This document shows positions 11,853-24,085 of a stretch of DNA of 64,000 bases, in pieces. This stretch comes from Selaginella moellendorffii (taxonomy: Eukaryota > Plantae > Lycopodiophyta). The notes beneath the pieces are model-generated. The model ran no database searches. It saw only the letters and a program-made list of their open reading frames with translations, and was not told the origin of the DNA. A program made the translations under genes and the position numbers. The DNA is taken from contig NW_003314363.1 of assembly GCF_000143415.4 (NCBI RefSeq), positions 62,001 through 126,000 of the forward strand, written 5' to 3'. The number at the start of each line of letters is the position of its first letter. Position 1 is the stretch's first letter.

Positions 11853-14800
11853 TTAATTGAACTTTGCATAAGTATATAGAGTTTTGCCATGCAAAAATTC
11901 CTCCACTAGATCTTGCGCGTTCGCTAGGTTCTCCTCCGGTTCCCATGTTGCTTCGTAGTGTGGAAATCCTTTCCACTTCACATGGAACTCTCTCCCCTCG
12001 CGTCTTTGTCGCTTGCTCTTGCGTGCATTGAGGATGGCCTCGACTTCGTATTCCTCCTCCCCTTGGATAACCTCAGGTAAAGGTCTTACTTGGTCCTTGC
12101 AAAGCGGATCCTCAAAATACGGCTTGAGTAAGTTCACGTGGAACACGGGATGCATCTTCCCCATCTCTCGAGGAAGTTGGAGACGGTAAGCCACTTTACC
12201 GATTCGAGCCTCAATCTCGTAAGGCCCCGCGAACCTGCTTAAGGAACTCAAGATCAATTCATTTACAGGAATACATGCATTTTTACTTTTGGGTCAACTT
12301 CCGGCTGATCCCACTTGGTAGCCTGAGGTTCTTGGTGTTCAGCCACACCTTCTCCTCAGCTTGGAACTCCACATCCCGACGCTTTTGGTTCGCGTACTTA
12401 GTTTGCCTTTGTTGAGCCCGTTCCAAGGAATCCCTCACTAGATTCCAAATGTTGAGTCTTTCCGCCGTGAATGCCTCCACTACGGGCAACTCTCCATGAT
12501 ACTCGGCCACGCCGAGTTCCACAGGACCTTCAATAGCTCGCCCATTGATGACTTCCCATGGACTCACCCCGATGCTCGAATGTGGTGAGTTGTTATAACA
12601 CATTTCCGCAAGTCCCAAATAACTTACCCAGTCGGTCTGGTCTCCCGAGACATAGCATCGCAAATAATCCTCCAGCTGCCTATTCACCCTTTCCGTTTGT
12701 CCGTATGTCAAGAAGTGTTAGTGCCATCAATCTTGACTCAATACCCATTACCTGTCTGTGGGTGATAGGCCGTGCTGAATTTCAACTTGGTGCGATACTG
12801 TTCTAGGAGTGTCCTCCAGAACCTACTGGTGAAGATCTTATCTCGATCTGAGATAATCTCTTCCGGCCTTCCCCGCACTCGAACCACTTGTTCGAAGAAC
12901 AGCTTCGCCACACCTTCCGCATCCACATCCGTTGTGGTGGGTATGAAATGTGCCATCTTTGAAAATCAGTCCACCACCACGAATATCGCATCGAACCCCT
13001 CGCTTGGGGGTAGTCCCGTGATGAAGTCCATCGTGAGACATTTCCACGGACGATCTGGAATGGGGATGCTTTGCAACAAGCCCCCACTAGCCTTTGTCAC
13101 GGCTTTGACCTGCTGACATGTTGGACATGTCTTTACATAGTCTTGGACGTCCTTAGCCATATCTGGCCAGTGATACTTCCTTTTGAGTAAGCCCATCGTC
13201 TTGGGCACTCCGCCGTGTCCCGCGAGAGGTCCGTCATGACACTCTTCCAAGGCTACCTTCCTTAGTTCCCCTTCTGGAACATACACCCTCGTTTGCTTGT
13301 AATATATGAGTCTGTTGCGTTCCGCATAGCCTGTTTTCTCTTCCGTTTGCAGCTCACTTCTCTGGTGAGCTTCCCGCGCCTCCAGATTCCTCAGCAACAC
13401 TTCTTGTGCTAGACCATCACTCTCGTATGCGGTCCGCACATCGTCCCAAAAGGTTGCTGTCGCGCTAGATATCGCCAACTTCAAGCTCGCTTTTCGACTT
13501 AGCGCATCTGCCACGATGTTGCTCTTCCCAGGCTTGTACAGGATCTCGCAATCAAACTCGGCCAAAGCATTGGCCCACCGACCTTGTTTTCCCCTTAGGT
13601 CGGGCTGTGACAAGAAGTGTTTCGTTGCCACATTGTCCGTGTAAACCTTGAAGTGTCTCCCAAGGTAGTGTCGCCACTCCTTGAGCGCCTTGACCACCGC
13701 AAACAATTCCTTCTCGTGGGCAGGCCACTTCCGTTGAGCCTTGTCCAGCTTCTTCGAGAAGAACGCTACTGGATGGTTGTCTTGCTTCAAAACTGCGCCC
13801 AACGCAAAGTCCGAAGCATCCGTGTCTACCTCAAAGTCCTTACCAAAGTCTGGTAATGCCAACACCGGAGCCTTCCTCAACTTCCCTTTGAGGTGGACGA
13901 ATGCCGCCTCGCATTCCGCTGTCCATACCATCTTCCCTTTTCCTGTTTGGTCCGTTAAGGGCAGGGCTACTCTCGAATAGTGTCTGATAAACTTTCGATA
14001 GTAGTTGCATAGCCCCAGGAACGCCCTCAACTCATGTACATTCGATGGTCGTTCCCATTCCTGGATCGCTTGGACCTTCTCCGGGTCCACCTTGAGCCCG
14101 TCCTGGCCCACCACATGCCCGAGAAACTTTACCTCTTGTTAAGCAAAGTCACATTTGCTCTCTTTAGCATACAGTTTGTGTTCCCTTAGTTTCTCAAACA
14201 CCTTCGCCAAGTGTTCGGCATGCTCCTCTAGCGTCTCGCTATAGATCAGGATGTCGTCAATATAGACGACCACGAAGCGATCCAGATAGGGTACAAAGAT
14301 GTGGTTCATCAACGCCGAAAACGTTGCCGGCGCATTGCACAGCCCAAAGGGCATCACCAGAAACTCAAAGCTCCCATACCTCGTTCGACAGGTTGTCTTC
14401 TCGACATCTTCCTCAGCTACCCTGATCTGGTAGTATTCTGACCTTAGGTCAATCCTCGAGAAGTATTTTGCCTTTCCCAACCTATCGAACAGGTCCTCGG
14501 TCCTTGGCAAAGGGTACTTGTTCTTCTTGGTATACTTGTTGAGCAACCGGTAGTCTATGCACATGCGCATAGATCCATCTTTCTTTTTCACAAATAGCAC
14601 CGGCGCCTCATACGGCGACTTGCTCAACCTAACATACCCTTTGTCCACCAACTCCTCTAGTTGGCTCTTGAGCTCCTTGAGTTCTTTTTCGTTCAATCGA
14701 TAGGGTGGACGAACCACCGCCTCAGCACCCTCGACCAGCTCAATCTTATGTTCTATCAGTCGTGCGGGGGGCAACCCCGCCGGTAGCTCCTCCGGCATCG

Positions 14801-16625
14801 TATCCTGGAATTGGTCCAGCACCTGCTGGATCACTAAAGGTACTTCTTCCGTTCTTGTCTTTTTGTTACTCTTCACCGAGAGTAAGCACAAAAAGGCTGC
14901 CTTAGTTCCTTTAGTGAGTTGTCCTCTCGTGGACACCAAGTTTAAGCATGACTCTTTGGCCTTGCTTTGCCCTACCTTTAGATCCTGGGCCTCCACCCTA
15001 GATCTTCTTCCTTGGGCATTCGCCAATACCACAAGGTTCTTACCTTGTCCATGCAGAGCTACCACGAACCGATTAAACTAATCCATTCCGAAGATCACGT
15101 CAAATCCCGCCATGTCCAAGACGGTGAAATCCATGTCCACTTTCCATGTCCCCACTTCGACTCTCGCTTGTCGAAGTACCTCATCGGTGCTTTGGCTACC
15201 TTGAACAAACTCTATAGTCCTTGGTTCGCCTAGCCGCTGCACCGTTAGTCCGGCTTGCCGGACTATGTCTGCAGCCACAAAATTATCCGAAGCACCCGTG
15301 TCAATAAGGATCTTAACAAAGCTATCTCCGAGCTTCCCTCGGAGGGCTAGTAGATGTCGCGAACGACTTTCTACCAAAGTTGCTCGTGTAATGAGTAACT
15401 TTGAGTTAGGGACTGGATCACATACCTCAGTTTGGACTTCACCCGACTTGATGGCCATATTGGCTCTGGCCTTATTCGAGTAGGGACATTCCCTCGAGAA
15501 GTGTCCCGCTTCGCCGCAGTTGTAGCATACGTTGTTTCCCACGCTGCTATATGATTTGACCTTCTTATCCGTGGGTTTGTCTTTTTTCGCTTGACTCCCC
15601 CACGTACTCGCTCGCTGGCCACCGGATTTGCCTTTCCGGAACCCCGAGGACTCATTCTTAGAGAAACTCTTTTTGAATTTCCCTTTGCTATATGTTCCCC
15701 TTGGTTTGGCCCTTTTGCTAAATGTGGATCCCGACCCCGTCGTGTTCCCCTTTCGCAGGCTATCGTTGAAATGCACCTTGATGGCCGCATCCAACGCTTC
15801 CTTGTAGTTGGTCGGGTTCCACCGCATCACCTCACCGCGAGCCCAGGTTTGCAAACCTGATATGAAGGCATGGAACGCATCCATATCCCCCATGTCCGTG
15901 ACAAGTATCCTCTTTGCCATGAACCCATTCACGTATTCCTGGATGGTTCCAGTCTGCTTCAACCTACTCAGCTCATCTCTCAGATGCAGAGTGGCATTCG
16001 GAGGAACGTATGTTGCGCGGATCCTCGCCTTCATCATGTCCCAAGTGGCCACTGGTCCTTCGTTGGCCTCCGTCGTTCTCCACCAAGACTTGGCATTATC
16101 TGCCAAGTATGGTTTTGCACATGGGACCTTCTCCGAGCTCGGTAACCGCAACGCTCGGAAGTAATCCTCCATATCGTAAAACCAATCCTCCACCACCTTA
16201 TAGTCGTTCACTCCCTTGAAGACCGGTGGGGGCTTTGGTTTGTACTTGGGAACTGCCTGAGGGACTGATTCTACTTCGGTCTGTTCGACCTTGTCTGGTT
16301 TTGCCTCAGTCCCGGCCGAAAGATCCGCACCTTCTGCGCTGCCAGCATCCGCAGTCTTTTTCTTTTTCTTCCGCCTCTCGTCACGCTTGAGCTTGCGTAC
16401 GAGAGTTTCCAGCAGGGCATTGGTCTGTGCCAACTGTCCTTCTAGCACGTCGAATCGAGCCTTGGACGACCGAACCTCGCCACCGGACTCCTGTTTGGAA
16501 GTTTCCTCACTAGAGTCCTCCTCATGCAAGGATTCCTCATCCATAGCCTCTTGTTCGACCGGAGGCTCCAGCTCCGGCGGAGGTTCCGTCTCCGCCTGGG
16601 TTCGCTTACGCCCTGCCCTTGCCAT
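11853..16625 (-). pseudogene. gag-pol polyprotein of element A: three premature stops and two intron-like inserts in the integrase
   Basis: CYNCGEAGHFSREC zinc knuckle, LIDTGAS protease, YIDD RT, DTDASD..ADALSR RNase H, HH-CC and D-D-E integrase, GPY, chromodomain (YEVEAIL..VKWKGFP..ATWEP). Stops at 15078, 14139 and 12966 are in frame. Confidence 0.93.
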
Positions 16626-16668
16626 CTCCCAGCAATCCGCCTCTATCCTTCGCTAGAACTGAGATAAA

Positions 16669-16681
16669 GGCTCCGATACCA
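16669..16681 (-). promoter_or_regulatory. Primer binding site (tRNA-iMet type) of element A
   Basis: TGGTATCGGAGCC lies 3 nt after the LTR end ...CTTACA. Confidence 0.9.
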
Positions 16682-17890
16682 AATTGTAAGCCACAAATTT
16701 TTCCCTTTCCAATTTGCCAGCTTACCTCGTCTATCCGTCCAACACTGCCTTGGCTTTTGCTAAGTTCCCTTGCCAAGGTTCTCGCCTATGGTATCAGCTC
16801 CTACTTGGTTTTAGCTACTCACTGCACGAGCAACGGAGTGTTAGCCATTCTTCCACGGATTCCCAAATCACTCCCAATCCCCCTCCCCGGGTTAAACTGG
16901 ACTAAGGTTCGGCTACACTCCCCGCAAGCACAAGCAGCCAAGCACACCAAGCTTCCAGGTTCCTAACATCCCTTGGTACCACAAGACTTGATAATGGGAC
17001 CCTCTAAATCCCAAGTTTTGAGTGCAACACTTGCTTCGGGACGTCGGGGCGAAACACCGTGGCCTAGCGGCCCGGTATGGGTACCTCTCGCCCCCCACTT
17101 CCATCCCGAAGGAAGGCCCAAGCCCCTAGGAAGGGCGAGGACCAATGAGCCGCATGGTACTCAAGTGGGGCACCACTCCACATGAGCCAGGAGCACCGCA
17201 ATCGGTTTCCCTTTCGGGAGTGGGAGCTGCTCTTGAGCACTTCCTTGGATGGCCCCTCCGGCACCAGCCAAGTCCATGCTCACTCCCACCCAAGGCCCCT
17301 CGGTCCCAGTCTCAACCTCAAGTCGGTTTGGAAGCCCAACTGGAGAGTCCCTTCAAAACTGGTTCCTGGACCTCACTATCCCTACTATACTTTTGGAACC
17401 CCCTGCAGCCCCCCCCCCCCTGGGAGACGCACGCTTTGGGCTTTCACCCCTTGACCCGTATTAGTATTTGGACTTAGTCTTTGGCTCGATCTCGGACCCG
17501 ATTTCGGATCCGACTTCGGATTCGGTTTCGGACTCGATCTCGGACTCGATCTCGGACCCGATCTCGGACCCGACTTCGGACTCGACCTCGGACTCGGTCT
17601 CGGACCCGATTTCGGATCTCGGACTCCGTCTCGAACTCGGTCTCGAACTCGGACTCGAACTCGGTCCCCGAGTCGGTCTCGGACTCGATTCCGGACTCGA
17701 TCTCGAACTCGGTCCTAGAGTCGGTCTTGGACTCGATCTTCGACTTGGTCTCATCCGATGAACTCTTTGTCATTTTGGTCATGCTTTTGGGGTTCCTTTA
17801 GCCTACGACACCTCGGCAAGTTGGTTCCTTACACGTAGCCGTACATTTGGCCTTCACATCATTCCCTCCTCTCGGAATAATGGAAGGTTA

Positions 17891-18722
17891 TCAGGGTTTT
17901 CTTGTAGATGGGCCGGGATCTGGAGGAACGTCAGGAGGAGGCATTGGCGGATCTGTAGACGGTATTAATTGCTCCTGATCCCTTTGTATGAAGCGTTTCA
18001 ACAGCTGCACATGCACAATCTCCGGAGGATCGGCCTGTTGAACGTCATGCCGAACCTCATAAACTTGCGGTCCAACTTGCCGCAACACCCGATATGGTCC
18101 TTTCCACTGTGCAAGGAGCCCCTTAGATAAACCACGTACTGTAAGATGGGGAAAACGGACTAACACCAAATCATCCACTTTGTACTCTGCAGGTGGACGA
18201 TGATGGGAGTTGTAGTGCCGTTGTTGTCCCACTTGTACGCGGCCTAAGTGTTCGGCAGACTCTGCTCGGACAAGTGGAAGAATGCTCGTCAAATATTGAT
18301 CCCATGACCTAGCATCAGGAGCTCGTGGCAATTGCAAAGGTAAACCCAGCTCCGTTGGTAATATTAGATCATGACCATATAGAAGTTTATATGGTGAAGC
18401 ACCAACAGAACTCTGCACCCCTGTGATATAGGCATACCGAAGAGACGGCAAATAACCATCCCAATTCGAATGCTGAAAGTTCACATACTTCGCAATCATC
18501 CCTTTGAATGTCCGAACGAGCCATTCTACCAGACCGTCTGATTGTGGATGATAAGCACTCGTAAAAGTGTGGCGTATCCCCAACCGAGACGTCAAAACAT
18601 GAAATATCTCAGCCATAAATGCAGAACCATTATCCGAAAGAATCCGCTCTGGACAATAATGCTGGAACACCACTCGATTGAGGAGGAAGTATCCAATAGC
18701 AGTTGCAGAGGCACTAGCAAGA
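17891..18722 (-). pseudogene. Integrase core and C-terminus of element C
   Basis: ILSDNGSAF, TSAYHPQSDGLVE, WKGPY; rejoins WVEVGAL (29339) in frame when element B and one TSD copy are removed. Confidence 0.9.
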
Positions 18723-21700
18723 TGTGACACAAAATCCCTAGGCCCCAAAGTGGAGCCAAAAGGGTGCCACGTGGTAGTGGTTGAAGTGAAAGCCAAACGA
18801 GCATAACACATTTGGACTAAAAGCTCCGACTTGAAAAGGTCAAGAGTGGGAGTGGGACTCCCAACGAAGTGCTCGAGGAATGAGCACGAAGCGAGCAATA
18901 AGCAAGGCTCCAAAAAGGGACCCAAGTTGGAGTCCAAAGTGGAGTCCAAGAAGGACCCCGAGATGGAGTCCGAGGTGGAGTCCGAGATGGACCCGAGATG
19001 GAGTCCGAGGTGGACCCGAGATGGATCCGAGATTGAGTCCGAGACGGACCCGAGATGGATCCGAGATGGAATCCGAGATGGAGTCCGAGATGGAGTCCGA
19101 GCTGGACCCGAGATGGAGTCCGAGATGGACTCGAGATGGACCCGAGATGGAGTCCGAGATGGACCCGAGGTGGAGTCCGAGATGGACCCGAGATGGACCC
19201 GAGATGGAGTCCGAAGTCGAGACCGAGACCGGGACCGAGACTGGGACCGAGACCGAGACCGAGATCGGGACCGAGATCGGGACCGAGACCAAGGCCGAGG
19301 TCGAGACCGAGCCCGAGCCCGAGTCTGAGTCCGAGTCTGAGTCTGAGTCCGAGTCCGAGTCCGAGTTCGAGTCCGAGTCCGAGTTCGAGTCTGAGAGGGT
19401 GAAAGCCCAAAGCGTTCGTCTCCTAGACCCTGGGGGGTTTGGTGAGCTCCAAAAGTATAGTAGGGGGGAGGACTGCAGTGGAGCCAGTTTGGCCAGGAAA
19501 GGCCAGTTTGGCCTAGGAAGGCTGGACCCAGTGTTGGGTGATGAGCTGCCCACTGGGAAGTCCAAGACTAGAGTGAACACAAACCGACAAGCGGGGTAGC
19601 TTGGTGAAGTATTCAAGAGTCGGGTCTAGTTCCCCCGGGAGATCGACTGGCCGATGCTCCCAGTCCAAGTGTGGGTGGCACTACCTACTTGGATACTAGG
19701 TGTGGCTCAACGGAACCTCGCTCTAAGCCCATGGCTAGAGCACCCAAAGGCGGAAGGCAGGGAGAGTACCCACGAGGCTTGCGTAAGGCCACGATGTTCT
19801 GAAATGTTGTCCCAAAGGCCCAGACTATGGAAAGGAAGAGGAGTAGTCCTCTGGTGTGGTGACAAAGGACACGGTCACCCAGTGAGGAAGTCCCAGAGAA
19901 CAGTTGGACTTAGAGGTCGGGCCTGCTGGCCTTGATCCAGTGGCAATGTTGGTGAACACGGCCATCGACAGAGAGGGACTTGATGGGGACCGGAAAAGAG
20001 ATATTGGGGAAGGTTATTCCCTAAGTCTGCAAGCATCCTAAGGATGCTAAGGAGTGGATCTGGGATGATCACTCATGGATGGATGGCCTAGTCTATGAGA
20101 GATGGGATTGCAATGTAGGTGGTGTTGGACCACCGGTGTGACCAAGGTGAATAGGTATATCCTCAGCGTAATAGGCTGATATGTCGGTGGTACCTTGGGG
20201 TGTCGATCATGGGATCGGACATGTGGAGAACTTAGACCAAGTGCAAAGGTTGAGTGGCATGGATGCCATTCTTGGGGCTAGCAAGCCCCAAGTCCTAACT
20301 GGGACTTGTGGAGGTTGTGAATGAGACTCCTCCAAGTGGTCGGAGGTGTGGTTAACTGACTAAAGTAAAATGGAAAAATTAGTCGTTTACAACTTGGTAT
20401 CGGAGCTATTCCTTAGTCCGACTTTTATTGGTGCTCAAGTATATCACCACTAGTGTTGGCATCGGAAGGTCCGAGGTGTGGGCCTATCCTTGAGGAGTAG
20501 CAGGTTAGGAAGACATGGCTCTCCATTACAGTTCATGTGTGAACTTGTAGACAAGGTGGTGGATAGAAAAGGGCCAATAATGGAACGACTTTGGGATCTT
20601 GGGAACAGTGCAAGGTTTTCCTCATTGAGTTGAGGAGGTGATCCAGATGAGCGTTTGACTCACCAAACTGGCTAACGTAGTTATGGTAAACAACTATAGT
20701 TGGGATCACGGGAAAGATGTAGACTCCAAAACAATAAAGGAGTCACAAGATTACCCTCATATAGTTGAGGCTGGTGCTCATAACTTTGAGACCAGAATTA
20801 ATGACCATGGGAAGTCAAATACAGAAGAGGACACAAGTCTTTAAAATGGTAGCCGGGGCCCTAAAGGGCAAAAGGTTGCCCCAAGAGAACAAATCAAGTG
20901 TCGGAGTAACACTTGCAAAGATGGTCCTTGTGAGCAGGAACTGAATACAAGAAGTTGTATTCTAGCGAGTTAGCACCTCGAAGACTAAAACCTCGCAGGT
21001 CGTTGGATTAGCAAAGTCTAAAATGCTGGATGACTCAAGTGGAGTCAGGGAATGGTCCTAAGGGATTGGTTGAAACATTTGGACTGAGGTGTATGGTGCC
21101 CTATAAGGTATGGGGAGGATCATAAGATCCAAGCATGAGAGGAGTGTGTATCTCATTGATGGCAGAAGGTGCTATGCTAAAGTCGTGGGAAGGAGTTTAC
21201 CGGAAGAAAACAACTTTGACGCAAAGTTGTGCGTGAACTCTATGATGCAGTGCTAATGGATAATTAGCATAAGAGACAACCATATTGGTCTTGGCAATAA
21301 GACCTAGACACCAGTAAGAAGTGTCATAAAGGTAGGCTCGTGGAGCCGATGGTGTGGAGACACTGAATGTGCCAAGGCATGCTGCCTTGAGGTCAAGTTG
21401 GCAGGTTTATGAGAACCCATTCTAAAGGAATCCCAATGGAAATGGGAATAGCATAGCCTATGCTGGAAGGCATGCGGTTAGAGTGTGGTGACCCAGATAA
21501 TGATGGAGGTGTGGAAGCACCAGCAATGAGTTGTAGGATTTGACAACTATTAGGCAACTAAGAAAAAGGTGCAAAATAATTCGTTAAACTGGTAAAAGGC
21601 AACTATCTAAGACTTTTTATTGGGATAAGGATGTTAGATATACCCTTATGGGGGATAAATTGCTTATGTTACAATATAGTAAGTCAATGTCAAAAGAGGA

Positions 21701-22780
21701 ATGCTCATTGTCAAAGAAGCCATCATTGGGACACCCAAACACTCTAGAACACCAGAAGGTGGTGTTTGGTGGCATGAGGGTAACGGATAATGCCCAAGGG
21801 ACAAAGTCTCTAACAAATGATAGATAGGAGGTGCTATCCAAATGTCCAAGGTTGCGGTGACGGGAGAAGTCCGTCTACCCAAATCGGACAAAGCCAACGA
21901 CGGGATTTTGGCGGGGCCAGTGATGGGCATATGAAGGCCCATAAGTAGCAACGGCAATCCTAGTATAGGGGATTACAAGGTGAGCAAACTCGGATTGAGG
22001 AACCACTCCCTAGGTGGTCGAGTAGGTTCATCTTTATGAATACTTGCCAAGGCATGGTAGAAAGTGCAAAGCTATCTTCCTAGTCTAGAGGAGAATAACC
22101 GAAGGAAATGTATGAGGCCAAAAAGCAAGTAATATAAGGATAGAACCGAACCATAGGAATTGACAGGCATGACCAAGGGTGGTTATGCAAGTTGGGAGTG
22201 GAGAATCAAGTGGGTGCTCAAGCATGTTGTTACTAGCGGCCGGGATGCCATGGAGAGTCTAAAGTATGGGATTGTCCATGTTAGAATATATGGTAATTGG
22301 AAAGTTTGCGAAAAGAGAGACCTTAGCAAGCTAAGGAACAGAGTTCCTTGAACGTTCCCCTAGGTAGATAAGTACCTAGTCGGCCAAGTGTAAATGGTTC
22401 ATAGAACGTGCGAAATCAGAGTGGCACAGCAGAAGCGTGGTCTTGAAGCTTGCCATGAGGCGAGGCTAGCAAGATTAGGGAAGTAGTTCCTGAGTGTTCA
22501 AAAAGAGGGCTTTGAACGAAAGTCGATGGTTAAGGACTTTCACGCTTATGTATAAACCATGTTATGGTGGCCAGATGACTTGCTAAGTGAGATTGGCAAG
22601 TCGGGGGGGAACGAATACCCTAGTTGAAGGAGCCAACTTCAAAGGGGTGGCCCATGGGGCCGAGCATGGAGGAGTCCATGCATGATTACAGGCTTATCAA
22701 GTGAGAGGACTTGGCAGTGCGGAGGAACTAGGTTCCTAAACTGTGATCTGTAGCGCGCTTTAAATATAAATTGGTGCACT

Positions 22781-23195
22781 GGCGTGGGGAGTCACGCCAG
22801 TCATCCTGTGTGATGCCATTCGTAGATGCATATACGGAGGTTGGGTTCAAGTCCCGACCCTCTAGTGCTTGGGTTCGAGTCCCAAATCATTAGGGCGTGG
22901 TGATGGTTTGGAATATGAGGACACTCATATTTTGGTGGTCATGGACTCTCAATGGGGAGACTGGTTTGGGCACACCGCCAAGCGAGGGATGCCTCGGAGT
23001 CGTGATGCACGGTTAGATTGCTTAGTGTGAAAGCTCGGCATATCTAACTTGAACGCTTTGGTGCAAGTGGCACTAAGGACATGGTGAGTGAGATGGGGAC
23101 ACCTAATCTCAGTTGTTATGGACCCTTGGCCGTAAGGGCTGGCTTGGGTGTACTGCCAAGTATGGGGGATGTCCCTGGGGTTATGGTCAACAACT
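22781..23195 (+). ncRNA. Homologue of the structured cis-RNA element in element B, with its 3' half tandemly duplicated
   Basis: GGAG hairpin 22781-22798, T-loop hairpins 22839-22859 and 22869-22885, GACA hairpins 22911-22932 and 23089-23111. Confidence 0.65.
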
Positions 23196-24085
23196 TGAAG
23201 GTCTAGAAGACCAAATACCTCTTGGCAACTCTGTTAAGGTGCCAAGGTGAGATCACTAGGTGATCTTATGGCCAAATGAGGACAAGGTCCTTGGTTGGCT
23301 AAGGAAGGAAGTTCCTGGTTCAAAATGTTGATTTGAACTATTTAAGATGGTGTGGCTTGGTCAAAGTGATCAAGTGGGAAGGGCACCTAAGGGAAATAAG
23401 TTGTGTCCGTGCGATGGCATAGTGAGTCCAAGGAAAGTAGTCTTTATAAGAGACCCATGGGAGGGTCATGAAGTTGGGCCGTGGATAGAGCATATAGCAG
23501 AAGATGCTAAAGAAACGTACTAGGAGTGAACATCCTCCGGACTTGGCAAAGAAGAGTTTTTTCTATGGAACCGAAGGGATACCTCGAAAATGGAGGTAGC
23601 CATCTTGTGTTGCTGGGTGCAACAATCAAGGATAGGAACAAAGGACTAGTGGCCAAGTTTGGGCCATGGAATTTAATGGAAGGGATCCAAATGGCAAAGT
23701 TAGCCAAGGAACACTAATGTGTTTGATGCTAACGGCTTGTGGGAAAGGAAGTGGACTTCCAAGGATGGATTCCTAAGTGCTCTAATTTGGCGAAGTAAAA
23801 GCTCCAAGTGAGGGAGCGGCAAAGTAGCCAAAAGATAGGGCCATGGACAGCCCTAGCACAAATTATGATAACCGGAACTTAGTGCCAAAGGTGGCACGAA
23901 ATCGAAGAGAGGATGATAATGTTGCCCTCGAGTAGAGGACTTCCTAGGATGGGGAAGTGGAGTTGCACAATATGTGCAATGCAAGGTGTCAAAGACACCC
24001 AGGAAATTGACTTCGAGAAGTCAAGATTTAAAAGTTCCAAAGTGCAAGGGTTATATCGATGGAAAGTGAGACCACTCGAGAATGT

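Larger units (their letters stand above)
10401..17833 (-). mobile_element. Element A: Ty3/gypsy chromovirus LTR retrotransposon. 5' LTR 16685-17833; 3' LTR from ~10401 into the gap, outer ~100 bp missing
   Basis: TG..CA LTR of ~1.15 kb, PBS TGGTATCGGAGCC, gag-PR-RT-RH-IN-chromodomain order, two near-identical LTR copies. Confidence 0.95.

Noticed and set aside
19533-19565. 5S-like tgggtga..ctgggaagtcc in LTR B
   Set aside because: The match is short, the spacing is wrong and there is no A-box; probably chance.
18817-19616. Long SD/RT/LG-repeat ORFs (also at 17461-17801, 24808-25872, 27667-28615 and 36694-38053)
   Set aside because: They are stop-free translations of the LTR hexamer arrays, open in most frames on both strands; there is no sign of protein constraint.
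16685-20391. Retrozyme-type hammerhead or twister ribozyme in the LTRs
   Set aside because: No CTGATGA..GAAA core was seen; aacactgcc resembles a twister fragment but the remaining motifs are missing. Checked by eye only.
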